In this document: one piece after another, positions 23,131 through 32,000 of the stretch
Layout: each line of letters begins with the position of its first letter
Numbering within the stretch: the stretch's first letter is position 1
Assembly: GCF_001306055.1 (NCBI RefSeq)
Contig: NZ_LGHJ01000016.1
Location: 210,001-242,000, forward strand
DNA: 32,000 nucleotides
DNA from: Bellilinea caldifistulae
Lineage (GTDB): Bacteria; Chloroflexota; Anaerolineae; Anaerolineales; Anaerolineaceae
Direction: 5' to 3'
Notes under the pieces: model-generated
What the model saw: the letters and a program-made list of their open reading frames with translations, nothing else
The model's database searches: none
What the model was told of the DNA's origin: nothing
Position numbers and translations under genes: made by a program

Positions 23131-25062
23131 TCAGGCGGGTTGTTCCAGAGGAATTTTGACCGTGCGACGGGGGACTTCCGGACATTTCCAGTGGCTGCCG
23201 GGATTATTACGGCGCAGGTCAGCATACTTTGGAAGAATTCCGCAGGCAAAACAGCCTTGCCGGCAATCATTTTGGGTTTTCTCCGCCAAAGAAGCATGAT
23301 ATTCACTCAATAAGTAGGCTTTTCGCACCCCACTGAAAATGTGATCCCACGGGAATATTTCATCCTCACTTCTTTGACGGTGGGTGTAGAAGGCCGGGTC
23401 GAGTTGGTGGGCAGCAAACGCTTGCCGCCAGATTTCAAAGTTAAATTGATCCTGCCAGGCATCGAATTTTGCGCCCAGGCGCCAGGCTGTTTCAACAACG
23501 TCCGCCAAACGCCGATCACCCCGCGATAGCCAGGCTTCCATCAAGGTTTCGTGAGGGTTGTTCCAGGTTAATTTCAATCCAGGACCTCGTAATTCGCGCT
23601 TGAGGAGAGATTGCTTGGCTTCAATTTGTTCCAGTGTATCACAGGCAACCCACTGGAAGGGAGTGTGCGGTTTGGGGACGAAGGTGCTGACCCCGGCGTG
23701 AAGAGTGGCTCGTTTGCCAATTACTTTTCGTCCTTCTTCCAGGACAGCTTTGCATAAATCGGCAATTGCCTGGACATCTTCGATAGTTTCAGAGGGATGG
23801 CCGATCATGAAGTAAAGTTTGATGGTTGTCCAGCCGCGGGAGTAGATTTCTCGGGCTGTATCCAGCAATTGCCGGGTGGAAATCGGTTTGTTGATGATAT
23901 TCCGCATGCGCTCGGTGGCGGCTTCGGGTGCAAGAGTAAAACCGCCCTGGCGTGAGCCACGTAATTTTTCCATCAACTCCACCGAGAATGACTCGATACG
24001 GAGGGAGGGAAGCGAGATAGTCAGGTAGTGATCGCTGGTTTCAGAAGACACCCGGCTGACCAAATCCAAAATATGCGTGTAGTCGGAAGAGGAAAGCGAG
24101 AGGAGGGCAACCTCCTCAAAGCCGGTTGCGTCCAGGGCTTCGCGGACTGCCGAGACAATTTCATCCACGCTTCGTTCACGTACGGGACGGGTAACCATGC
24201 CCGCGTGACAAAACCGACAACCTCGAGTGCAGCCACGCATTATTTCAATTGAAACGCGGTTATGAACCACGCTGATTGAAGGTACGATGAAACGCGTTGG
24301 TGGCTTGGGTAATTGCGCAACCAATCGCTTCTTTACCTGGGGTGGTGCGTTGGGATGTAGACGATGAATTGAACGGATCGTACCATCCTCGTTGTATTCT
24401 GGTTCATAAAAGGATGGAATGTAAATGCCTTCAATTTTTACCAGCTCGGCCAATAAGTCCTGGCGTGAGGAATGGTTTTGTTTCCACTCCTGATAGGTGT
24501 TGACAATTTCGTGGATGATTTCTTCCCCTTCGCCGATGACAAATGCATCAAAAAAAGGAGCAATGGGTTCGGGATTGAATACTGCATGACCTCCCGCAAT
24601 TACCAGCGGATCGTGAATGGTGCGATCTCTGCTGCGCAGTGGGATTTTTGCCAGATCCAGTAAATTTAGGACATTTGTGTAGAGAGTCTCGTAAGGTAAC
24701 GAGATTCCAAGAATGTCGAATTGTCTGACAGGAGTTTTGGATTCGAGCGCATAGAGAGGGATATCCTGTTGGCGCATGGCGGCTTCCATGTCCACCCATG
24801 GCAGATAAACACGTTCGGCGAGAACATCGGATCTTTCGTTGAGTAAATTATAGAGGATGGTCAGGCCAAGATTGGGGACGCCAATATCGTAAATATCCGG
24901 AAATGCAAGAGCCACATGGGTCTTGACCGAATTCCAATCTTTTAAGACCTGATTCAGTTCCCCGCCGACGTAACGGCCGGGTTTTTCCACAGTTGGCAGA
25001 ATGCGCTCAAGCCGTTGTAAGAGAATGTTTCGCTCCATGTGGTCTGTCAGCCTTTTGTTCAA
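23131..25062 (-). CDS. Radical SAM protein, TIGR03960 family (B12-binding-like N-terminal domain), function unknown
   Basis: CTRGCRFCHAG (nt 24208-24231) and an N-terminal Rossmann-like domain with KPGRYVGGE. A second CRQGCFAC motif lies near the C-terminus. The start is TTG 25062, or ATG 25038. Confidence 0.85.
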   Translation of the reverse strand: MNKRLTDHMERNILLQRLERILPTVEKPGRYVGGELNQVLKDWNSVKTHVALAFPDIYDIGVPNLGLTILYNLLNERSDVLAERVYLPWVDMEAAMRQQDIPLYALESKTPVRQFDILGISLPYETLYTNVLNLLDLAKIPLRSRDRTIHDPLVIAGGHAVFNPEPIAPFFDAFVIGEGEEIIHEIVNTYQEWKQNHSSRQDLLAELVKIEGIYIPSFYEPEYNEDGTIRSIHRLHPNAPPQVKKRLVAQLPKPPTRFIVPSISVVHNRVSIEIMRGCTRGCRFCHAGMVTRPVRERSVDEIVSAVREALDATGFEEVALLSLSSSDYTHILDLVSRVSSETSDHYLTISLPSLRIESFSVELMEKLRGSRQGGFTLAPEAATERMRNIINKPISTRQLLDTAREIYSRGWTTIKLYFMIGHPSETIEDVQAIADLCKAVLEEGRKVIGKRATLHAGVSTFVPKPHTPFQWVACDTLEQIEAKQSLLKRELRGPGLKLTWNNPHETLMEAWLSRGDRRLADVVETAWRLGAKFDAWQDQFNFEIWRQAFAAHQLDPAFYTHRQRSEDEIFPWDHIFSGVRKAYLLSEYHASLAEKTQNDCRQGCFACGILPKYADLRRNNPGSHWKCPEVPRRTVKIPLEQPA

Positions 25063-25108
25063 CCAATAATTGAAATATGCTTTCTTATTTTACCCTATTT
25101 TGTCCAAT

Positions 25109-25900
25109 TTATAAGGTGCCGCGGTAAAAACCGCCATCCACCGCAATCATGCTGCCGGTGATGTAACTGGCAGCCGGTGAAACCAGAAAAACCGCAACAC
25201 GGGCAAATTCCCGCGGGTCGGCCAGGCGTCCGAGGGCGGTTTGAGCGGCAATTTTTTGTCTTTCTTCTTCGACAGTGGATTGATTGGTCTGTGCGCGATG
25301 TTGTAATAATTGCTCAACTCGCTCTGTCGCGGTCCAGCCGGGCAAAATGGAATTAAAGCGAATGCCCTCTTTACCCAGTTCGAGAGCGAGGCTTTTCGTC
25401 AGACCGATGGTGGCAGCGCGGACACTGTTGGAGAGAACCAGACCTTCAATAGGTTGTTTGACCGAGATGGAGGTAATTGTCAAAACTGCCGGTGCTGTGG
25501 ATCTACGCAGGTACGGCAACGCTGCTCGAATCAGGTTTACTGCTGAAAGAAAGTTGAGGTTGACGGCATTTTGCCAATCCTCAAGGCTGAAGTTCTCGAA
25601 TTTACCGGCAGGCGGACCGCCGGCATTGGTGATAAGAATGTCTACGCCTCCCCACTCGTGAACAACCTTCTCAACCAGGCGTTGGGCTGTTTCAGGTTGA
25701 CTCACATCCCCCGCAATGGGTAAAACAGGTGAGTCGGTCAAATGATTGATCCTTTGAGATGCTTTTTCGAGGTTTTCTGGATTCCGGCTATTCAGAGCAA
25801 CACGTGCCCCTTCCTGGGCGAGCACCTCGGCTGTGGCAAAACCCAGACCGCGGCTTGCTCCGGTTACGATGGCGATTTTGTTGCGTAAATTCAAATCCAT
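25109..25900 (-). CDS. SDR family oxidoreductase, FabG-like with atypical active site
   Basis: VTGASRGLG and NAGG motifs. The YxxxK position reads SNSVR. I prefer start ATG 25900 (AAAGGA 8 nt upstream). The ORF track begins at 25909. Confidence 0.8.
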   Translation of the reverse strand: MDLNLRNKIAIVTGASRGLGFATAEVLAQEGARVALNSRNPENLEKASQRINHLTDSPVLPIAGDVSQPETAQRLVEKVVHEWGGVDILITNAGGPPAGKFENFSLEDWQNAVNLNFLSAVNLIRAALPYLRRSTAPAVLTITSISVKQPIEGLVLSNSVRAATIGLTKSLALELGKEGIRFNSILPGWTATERVEQLLQHRAQTNQSTVEEERQKIAAQTALGRLADPREFARVAVFLVSPAASYITGSMIAVDGGFYRGTL

Positions 25901-25926
25901 GAACATCATCCTTTCTTATTAAAAAG

Positions 25927-26214
25927 TTAAAAGCATTCAATCCGGTGATCTAAAATTGGGAGATTGGGAAATTGATTTTCGATAAAGGTGTGAACTTTTT
26001 GGAGCGAATGAGTAGCAAAAGCGCAATCATTACACACCACCGCACAGGCGATCAAACTCTCCTGCCAGTGGTCGTTCAATCCAATTTCAGCAACCGAGAT
26101 GTTGAATTCCTTACGTAAGCGGTTCAGCAATGATTTTAACAAACTCCTTTTTTGTTTCAACGAGAGGGAGTGGGGCAGATGAATGTGAATGACCAAAAGA
26201 CCTATGGTGGGCAT
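25927..26214 (-). CDS. DUF503 (YlxP-like) protein
   Basis: IHIHLPHSLSLKQKRSLLKSLLNRLRKEFNISVAEIG matches the DUF503 signature. Confidence 0.8.
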   Translation of the reverse strand: MPTIGLLVIHIHLPHSLSLKQKRSLLKSLLNRLRKEFNISVAEIGLNDHWQESLIACAVVCNDCAFATHSLQKVHTFIENQFPNLPILDHRIECF

Positions 26215-26232
26215 TTTAAAAACCTCGGTATT

Positions 26233-26260
26233 ATTGTAATCCGGCAGATGCTGACGTCAA
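26233..26260 (-). promoter_or_regulatory. Candidate sigma70 promoter of the DUF503-led minus-strand gene string
   Basis: Minus strand: TTGACG (26260..26255), 16-bp spacer, TACAAT (26238..26233). GAGG lies 9 nt before the ATG. Confidence 0.55.
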
Positions 26261-26277
26261 GCAAGTTGCTCATTCTC

Positions 26278-26306
26278 TTGTGAAAAAGGTTCGGCTTGGG
26301 TACAAT
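26278..26306 (+). promoter_or_regulatory. Candidate sigma70 promoter of folC-lon
   Basis: TTGTGA (26278-26283), 17-bp spacer, TACAAT (26301-26306). Confidence 0.5.
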
Positions 26307-26337
26307 ACACAGCAGTTCGAGGATTAATGGAAAACAG

Positions 26338-27717
26338 ATGAATTTTGACCCACAAGAATATCAAAACACTTTAGATTTCTTATACAGTTTTGTAGATTAT
26401 AGCCTCACCCGTAATTTACAATTTTCAGCCGAAAAGTTTGACCTCAGCCGGATGGCTGAGTTGTTGAGGTATCTGGGAGAGCCTCACCAGCGCTATCCGG
26501 TTATTCATGTTGCCGGAACGAAGGGCAAAGGATCCACTGCGGCAATGATTGCGGCAGTATTACAGGCTGCCGGTTACAAAACCGGTTTTTACATATCGCC
26601 ACATTTGGAAGATTTTTGTGAGCGTATCCAGGTTAATCGTGAGCATATCCCCCCATCACGGCTGGTGGAAGTAGTGAATCAGTTAAAACCGGCTATCAAC
26701 AAAATTGAACGTTTGACCACCTTTGAGTTAACCACCGCAGCCGGATTTTTGTACTTTGCTGATGAAATGGTGGATGTGGCTGTTGTTGAAGTGGGTTTGG
26801 GGGGGAGATTGGACGCAACCAACCTCGTTGACCCCATGGTATCGGTGATTACTTCGATCTCGTTTGACCACATGAAAGTATTGGGGGATACCCTTGAGAA
26901 GATAGCCACAGAAAAAGCCGGGATTATAAAAGATGGGCGGCCCGTAGTGAGTTCCCCTCAACATCCTGAAGCCATGCGGGCAATTGAACACATAGCGAAA
27001 GCACGAAATGCTCCGTTGATTGTATCTGACCAGGAATATCGGGCTGACGTTATAGCCCGCAGTCTGGCTTATCAGCGATTGAACATTCATTCCCTTAGAG
27101 AACCGGTTCAAAACGCATTAGAGGTTGATTTGCCGTTACTGGGTGATCATCAAATCGAAAATGCATTAACGGCTTTATGCGCATTGGATCAAGCCAGTAA
27201 ACAAGGCCTGGTGATACCTCGACCGAAAATTCAGACCGGATTGTCGCAAGTTTCCTGGGAGGGCAGGTTTGAAATTCTTAATCTTCATCCTCCTGTTGTT
27301 GTAGATGCCGCTCATAACCGCTATTCAGCGTTAAAATTGATACAGACGGTCAATCAATACTTTCCGACCCAACGCATGATTCTGGTGTTTGGCGCTTCGG
27401 ATGATAAAGATGTTGCCGGTATGCTGGCAGAATTACTGCCCCGCTCGGATGAGGTCATCTTCACGCAATCCATTCATCCGCGCTCGTACCAAGCGGATCA
27501 ACTTGCTGAATTGGCTTCGGAATACCCGCTTCCCAAATCGGTGATTGTGCCGCTTGAAGAAGCAATGGAGCAAGCCGTCAACCGTGTACACTCCGAAGAT
27601 ACTCTTCTACTGATCACTGGTAGTATATTTGTGGCAGCCGGGGCGCGAAAATTCCTTCGAGAAATTTTAAATCGCCCTGATTTTAATAAACGATTCAACA
27701 GTATACCAATTTCATGA
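26338..27717 (+). CDS. folC: Bifunctional folylpolyglutamate synthase/dihydrofolate synthase
   Basis: [12 protein letters not shown]-loop and Mur-ligase-like layout. I prefer ATG 26338, because ORF-track TTG 26296 lies inside the predicted promoter. Confidence 0.88.
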   Translation: MNFDPQEYQNTLDFLYSFVDYSLTRNLQFSAEKFDLSRMAELLRYLGEPHQRYPVIHVAGTKGKGSTAAMIAAVLQAAGYKTGFYISPHLEDFCERIQVNREHIPPSRLVEVVNQLKPAINKIERLTTFELTTAAGFLYFADEMVDVAVVEVGLGGRLDATNLVDPMVSVITSISFDHMKVLGDTLEKIATEKAGIIKDGRPVVSSPQHPEAMRAIEHIAKARNAPLIVSDQEYRADVIARSLAYQRLNIHSLREPVQNALEVDLPLLGDHQIENALTALCALDQASKQGLVIPRPKIQTGLSQVSWEGRFEILNLHPPVVVDAAHNRYSALKLIQTVNQYFPTQRMILVFGASDDKDVAGMLAELLPRSDEVIFTQSIHPRSYQADQLAELASEYPLPKSVIVPLEEAMEQAVNRVHSEDTLLLITGSIFVAAGARKFLREILNRPDFNKRFNSIPIS

Positions 27718-27727
27718 GTGCAGGTTT

Positions 27728-30241
27728 ATGAAAAAAGATAATTGGTTACCCAAAGATAGCGATTTTGAGGAATTTTCCTCTTCTTTACATCAACGGACAG
27801 AGGAATTGTATCAGGTACCCGATGCCGAACCGGACGAGAACGGTTTGATTGAGTGCGCAGCACTTATCATGCGGGATATGGTGATTTATCCGCGCATGGT
27901 TTCTCCAATTTTCATCATTCCGGGGTCAAATTTGCAAGCCATAGAAGAGGCTCAATTCAACTTTGAAACGATGATTGCCCTCGTCTTGAAAGATCCCGAG
28001 GTGGAAGACCCACAACCGGAAGACTTTTTACCGATTGGGGTTGAAATTGCTGTTGGACGATTGTTGAATATCCCGGATGGGAATAATTCGGCATTGATCC
28101 AGGGCCGCCGCAGAGTAGAGATTGTCGAATTCGTACAGACCGAGCCATATTACCGGGTGCGTGCCCGACCTATTGTTGAACCTTCTAAAATTGGCAGACA
28201 AACCGAAGCTTTGATGCGCACCACCCGCGATTTGTTTGAGCGGTGCGTTCAATTAGATCGCAGCCTGCCTGAAGAAGCGCATTTGTTTTCTTTGAATATC
28301 CACGAGCCGGGCTGGCTGGCAGATATGGTTGCTACGGCGATTTCGCTACCGAATAGCGAAAGACAGGCATTGCTTTTACTGGTTGACCCTGTTGACCGGT
28401 TGAAACGAGTCAACTGGCTGCTGGCGCAGGAATTGGATGTTTTACAGTTAGAGGACGAGATTCAGAATCGAGTTCAAAGTGAGGTGGATCGCAGCCAGCG
28501 CGAGTTCTATTTGCGCGAACAAATGAAAGCGATTCAAACCGAATTAGGGGAAGGTGATATCTTCAGCCGCGAAGTAACCGAATTGCGGGAAAAGATACTC
28601 GCGACCCCCATGCCGGATGAAGTCCGAACCACAGCACTCAAAGAAGTGGATCGGCTCTCGCAAATGCCCTCCATGGCTCCAGAAGTGGGTATCATTCGCA
28701 CCTATCTGGATTGGATATTGGAATTGCCCTGGGTGCAGGAGACTGAGGACAATCTGGATGTTGCTAACGCTGCCAAGGTGTTGGAAAAATATCATTATGG
28801 ACTCGGTAAAGCCAAAGATCGGATTCTGGAGTATATTGCCGTCCGCAGCCTCAAGCCCAAACGCCTGAGACAACCGATTTTGTGTTTTGTGGGGGCACCG
28901 GGTACAGGAAAGACCTCATTAGGTCGCTCAATTGCTGAGGCTCTTGGACGTAAGTTTGTGCGAGTTTCATTAGGCGGGGTTCGAGATGAGGCTGAAATTC
29001 GTGGTCACCGGCGAACTTATATTGGGGCAATGCCGGGCCGGATTTTACAAACCATGCGCCGCGCGGGAACTGTCAATCCTCTTTTTATGCTGGATGAGAT
29101 TGATAAACTCGGATCGGATTTTCGTGGTGATCCCTCTGCTGCACTTTTGGAGGTTCTTGACCCGGAGCAGAATCATGCCTTTTCGGATCACTATCTTGAA
29201 TTGCCTTACGATCTTTCTAAGGTGATGTTCATTACAACCGCTAACACACTGGCTACCATTCCACCAGCTTTGATGGACCGGATGGAAATAATTGAATTTC
29301 CCGGCTATATTGAGGAAGAAAAACTGGAAATTGCCTACCGATTTCTGATCCCACGCCAGCTGGAAGAAAGCGGTTTAGAAGGGGAAGATATTAAGTTTCA
29401 AGAAAAGACATTGCGGAAAATCATCCGGGAGTATACTTACGAGGCAGGGGTTCGAAATTTAGAACGCGAAATTGGCAGAATGTGTCGTAAACTGGCCAGA
29501 CTGAAATCTGAAGGAAAACCCTACCCGCACCGATTACAACCGGAACTGGTTGAAAAATTCCTGGGACCGCCCCAATTTTTTATGACTGAAGCGGAGAAAA
29601 AAGACGAGGTGGGCGTAGCCACTGCAATTGCGTGGACCGAAAATGGCGGAGAGATCATGCCGGTGGAAGTGGCAATATTGGAAGGAAAAGGCAACCTGCA
29701 AATCACCGGACAGGTTGGAGAAGTGATGCAAGAATCGGCTCAGGCTGCTTTGTCCTATCTTAAATCCCGCGCCAGAGAGTTGGAGATTGACCCAGAAGTA
29801 TTTGAAAGATTGGATATTCACATACATATCCCGGAGGGGGCGATTCCCAAAGATGGCCCAAGCGCTGGTATCACAATTGCCACAGCGCTGATTTCGGCTT
29901 TTACGGAGCGGGGTGTTTCAAAGGATGTCGGGATGACGGGTGAAATTACCCTGCGAGGGCGCGTACTTCCGGTTGGCGGCGTGCGGGAAAAGGTTCTGGC
30001 AGCTCACCGGGCGGGTTTAAAGATCGTCATTCTACCCGAAAGGAATTTGAAAGACCTGATTGATTTGCCCAAGAAAGTCCGCCAGGATCTGCAAATTAAA
30101 CCGGTAAATCACATGGATGAGGTTCTTGAAATTGCACTTGGTCCCAAACCTCATAAAGAAAGCGGACGTGGCCGAAAACACAACGCAAAGAAAACCGAAA
30201 AAAGTGAAGAGGGAGAGGTTAAAGAGGCTTCGGAAGCGTAA
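27728..30241 (+). CDS. lon: ATP-dependent Lon protease (LonA)
   Basis: LON N-domain, Walker [17 protein letters not shown], and protease motif KDGPSAGIT. Short N-terminal extension and Lys/Glu-rich C-terminal tail. Confidence 0.95.
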   Translation: MKKDNWLPKDSDFEEFSSSLHQRTEELYQVPDAEPDENGLIECAALIMRDMVIYPRMVSPIFIIPGSNLQAIEEAQFNFETMIALVLKDPEVEDPQPEDFLPIGVEIAVGRLLNIPDGNNSALIQGRRRVEIVEFVQTEPYYRVRARPIVEPSKIGRQTEALMRTTRDLFERCVQLDRSLPEEAHLFSLNIHEPGWLADMVATAISLPNSERQALLLLVDPVDRLKRVNWLLAQELDVLQLEDEIQNRVQSEVDRSQREFYLREQMKAIQTELGEGDIFSREVTELREKILATPMPDEVRTTALKEVDRLSQMPSMAPEVGIIRTYLDWILELPWVQETEDNLDVANAAKVLEKYHYGLGKAKDRILEYIAVRSLKPKRLRQPILCFVGAPGTGKTSLGRSIAEALGRKFVRVSLGGVRDEAEIRGHRRTYIGAMPGRILQTMRRAGTVNPLFMLDEIDKLGSDFRGDPSAALLEVLDPEQNHAFSDHYLELPYDLSKVMFITTANTLATIPPALMDRMEIIEFPGYIEEEKLEIAYRFLIPRQLEESGLEGEDIKFQEKTLRKIIREYTYEAGVRNLEREIGRMCRKLARLKSEGKPYPHRLQPELVEKFLGPPQFFMTEAEKKDEVGVATAIAWTENGGEIMPVEVAILEGKGNLQITGQVGEVMQESAQAALSYLKSRARELEIDPEVFERLDIHIHIPEGAIPKDGPSAGITIATALISAFTERGVSKDVGMTGEITLRGRVLPVGGVREKVLAAHRAGLKIVILPERNLKDLIDLPKKVRQDLQIKPVNHMDEVLEIALGPKPHKESGRGRKHNAKKTEKSEEGEVKEASEA

Positions 30242-30245
30242 TTAG

Positions 30246-30279
30246 AAAGGCAGCCGATTGGCTGCCTTTTTTTATTTTT
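30246..30279. terminator. Intrinsic terminator after lon, shared with the convergent gene
   Basis: Stem AAAGGCAGCC / GGCTGCCTTT with loop GATT, followed by TTTTATTTTT. Confidence 0.85.
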
Positions 30280-30287
30280 CTCTTTAT

Positions 30288-30776
30288 CTAATCTTTATCC
30301 GGTTGAACCGGTGTTGGCGACATGGCTTGTTGGCGTTCGCTCTGTAAAGCTCTCACGCCATTGCGTACCTGATTGAGCATTTTTTCGAGCTCGACTTCCA
30401 GTCGCGAGAGCGATTCAAGGACGTATTCATCCGCATCGCGTTTGGTCGATTCAGTCTCCATGCGAGCTTGCAGAATGATTTGCTCGGCACGGGCGTGGGC
30501 AGCCTGAATGATAGCGTCCCGTTCAATCATCTGTTCGGCTTTTTCACGAGCTAGTTGGATGGTTCGATTGGCTTCTTCTTGAGCCTGAGCAAGAATCCGG
30601 TCCCTTTGAGCAAGAATTTGCTGGGCTTTCTTGATTTCTTCCGGAATGGATACCCGCATCTGGTCAATCAAGTCCAACATGCGATCCTCGTCCACCATTA
30701 CTGAATGGGTGAACCAAATTGGACGGCTTTCATTGAATAATTCTTCCAAACGATCTACCAAATGCAGTATGTCCAT
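30288..30776 (-). CDS. Hypothetical coiled-coil protein (resembles proteins often annotated ATPase subunit b/H-like)
   Basis: 162-aa ORF with a strong SD (GGAGG, 5-nt spacer). Heptad-like Glu/Arg/Gln/Ala-rich sequence. A TATAAT lies on the minus strand at 30844..30839. Confidence 0.6.
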   Translation of the reverse strand: MDILHLVDRLEELFNESRPIWFTHSVMVDEDRMLDLIDQMRVSIPEEIKKAQQILAQRDRILAQAQEEANRTIQLAREKAEQMIERDAIIQAAHARAEQIILQARMETESTKRDADEYVLESLSRLEVELEKMLNQVRNGVRALQSERQQAMSPTPVQPDKD

Positions 30777-30850
30777 TTTTTCCTCCGCTTTCCAAGCCTG
30801 AGAAAGGGTGGTGCAATTTTCAAGCCAGTTAATTAATTATTATACGCAAT

Positions 30851-31375
30851 TCAATCTCTTAATGCTGTAATTGGTACCACCGATTGTCCATCCCCAAGTT
30901 CACTGAATTTTTTCTTTAAAGCATCTGCTACATGAAGAGGTACCATGCTGCTGATATCTCCACCCAGCGAGGCGATTTCTCGCACGGTTGAAGAAGAAAG
31001 GAAGGTGTGCTGTTCGCTGGTGATTAAGGCGATCATTTCAATGTCTGGATAGAGGCGATGATTGGCAAGTGCCATGCGGAATTCGTGTTCAAAATCGGAG
31101 AATACCCGCAGTCCACGGATGATCACTTGCGCGCCGACATTTTTACAAAATTCGACGGTCAGACCGCTATAACCGACCACTGTAAATTTGGGTTCAGCAT
31201 AAAACGTTTGTTGTACAAGTTTCAGCCTCTCTTCGGGGGTGAACAGCAAATTTTTTAACGGTTTGTTATAGACGGCGATAATGACTTCATCGAATAGGCG
31301 GGCTGCCCGACGGGCAATGTCCATATGTCCGTAATGGATTGGGTCGAATGTTCCGGGGAATACAGCTCTGACCAT
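30851..31375 (-). CDS. coaD: Phosphopantetheine adenylyltransferase
   Basis: AVFPGTFDPIHYGHMDI and the ISSSTVRE motif. I prefer start ATG 31375, because ORF-track start 31417 overlaps recG. Confidence 0.92.
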   Translation of the reverse strand: MVRAVFPGTFDPIHYGHMDIARRAARLFDEVIIAVYNKPLKNLLFTPEERLKLVQQTFYAEPKFTVVGYSGLTVEFCKNVGAQVIIRGLRVFSDFEHEFRMALANHRLYPDIEMIALITSEQHTFLSSSTVREIASLGGDISSMVPLHVADALKKKFSELGDGQSVVPITALRD

Positions 31376-31386
31376 TGGCTTCTTCC

Positions 31387-32000
31387 TTAGCTGATATCTC
31401 CTCGTCCTTCCCCCCAAAATGCATTCAATTTTTCTAGAAGGGGTTGGTAACGAGGGTCACTTAATTGTGGGTCTTTTTCAAATAATTGTTGAGCAAGGTT
31501 GCGGGCTTTTTCAATGGTGTGAATATCGGTCAGGTTGGCGATTCGTAAATCAGCAAAACCAGCCTGGCGGGTACCTAAAAATTCCCCGGGGCCGCGCTGT
31601 TGGAGATCGCGCTCGGCGAGAACAAACCCGTCATTGGTTTCGACCATGGCGGATAATCGTTCGTTTTCGGCGGCATCTTCATCATCCGGTATAAGGATAC
31701 AGTAGGACTTTGCGTTTCCCCTGCCTACTCTGCCGCGGAACTGATGCAGTTGAGCCAGTCCAAAACGATTTGCCCCCTCGATTAACATCACAGTGGCATT
31801 GGGCACATCTACCCCAACTTCTATGACTGAGGTCGAGACCAGAATATGGTATTGTTTATCACGAAATTGACGCATCACATGCTCTTTTTCTTCGGGACGC
31901 ATTCTGCCGTGCAGAAGACCGATTTTCAAATCCGGGAAGATCTCACTTTGAAGGCGTTGTTGTTCCTGGACTGCAGCGAGGGTATCTTCCGTTTGGGAGA
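31387..32000 (-). CDS. recG: ATP-dependent DNA helicase RecG (C-terminal part; 5' end outside window)
   Basis: LLHGRMRPEEKEHVMRQFRDKQYHILVSTSVIEVGVDVPNATVMLIEGANRFGLAQLHQFRGRVGRG. The frame stays open to nt 32000 (…FPDLKIGLLHG), so the listed TTG at 31929 is internal. Confidence 0.92.
   Translation of the reverse strand, partial: SQTEDTLAAVQEQQRLQSEIFPDLKIGLLHGRMRPEEKEHVMRQFRDKQYHILVSTSVIEVGVDVPNATVMLIEGANRFGLAQLHQFRGRVGRGNAKSYCILIPDDEDAAENERLSAMVETNDGFVLAERDLQQRGPGEFLGTRQAGFADLRIANLTDIHTIEKARNLAQQLFEKDPQLSDPRYQPLLEKLNAFWGEGRGDIS

Noticed and set aside
27728-30241. Lon protease considered as a defence-system component (BrxL-like).
   Set aside because: It has the canonical LonA architecture (LON N-domain, AAA+, Ser-Lys protease). 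It sits 10 nt after folC and has no BREX or other defence neighbours.
1-32000. Search for CRISPR repeats, tRNA/rRNA genes, IS elements or transposases, integrases, long direct or inverted repeats, and toxin-antitoxin pairs.
   Set aside because: By eye I saw no periodic repeat arrays, cloverleaf-compatible intergenic segments or mobile-element gene signatures. Intergenic spaces are short (180 bp or less). A proper repeat finder and tRNAscan/Infernal run would be needed to be definitive.

Overview
Gene-dense, core-metabolism stretch of a bacterial chromosome. The protein signatures look Chloroflexota/Anaerolineae-like, but that is a low-confidence guess from memory. I support 33 protein-coding genes (two cut by the window edges), three intrinsic terminators and several sigma70-type promoter candidates. 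I found no rRNA, tRNA, CRISPR array, transposase, integrase, phage or recognisable defence genes.

Gene order, left to right:
- (+) a multihaem cytochrome c translationally coupled to a cytochrome b with a fused c-type domain.
- (-) a SufR-like wHTH regulator.
- (+) a tightly packed 9-gene string: nuoB, nuoCD, nuoI, a small Cys-rich ORF, Mrp/ApbC-family ATPase, PSP1/RicT-like protein, PIG-L deacetylase, M20 amidohydrolase, and a signal-less BtuF-like binding protein.
- (+) a FadR-like regulator followed by korA and korB.
- (-) pyk then a rhodanese gene, and argF then rocD.
- (+) ctaA.
- (-) a 7-gene string: DUF503, atypical SDR, TIGR03960 radical SAM, TIGR03936 partner, Zn-ribbon TrmH, FmdB, KDSR-like SDR.
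- (+) folC then lon.
- (-) recG, coaD and a coiled-coil protein.

The most interesting material, in my judgement:
1. The Fe-S-themed operon. A stand-alone complex I Q-module is followed by an unknown 2xCxxC mini-protein, an Mrp/ApbC ATPase that lacks the family's cluster-bridging CxxC motif, and a RicT-like Fe-S protein. The whole string is divergent from a SufR-like regulator, and the two -35 boxes of the divergent promoters form one palindrome.
2. The three-cytochrome membrane module at the left edge.
3. The uncharacterised radical SAM pair, translationally coupled to an RNA methyltransferase.
4. A eukaryote-like 3-ketosphinganine-reductase-type SDR whose 3' end overlaps ctaA by 81 bp.

All functional calls come from motif recognition by eye. 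No database search was run.
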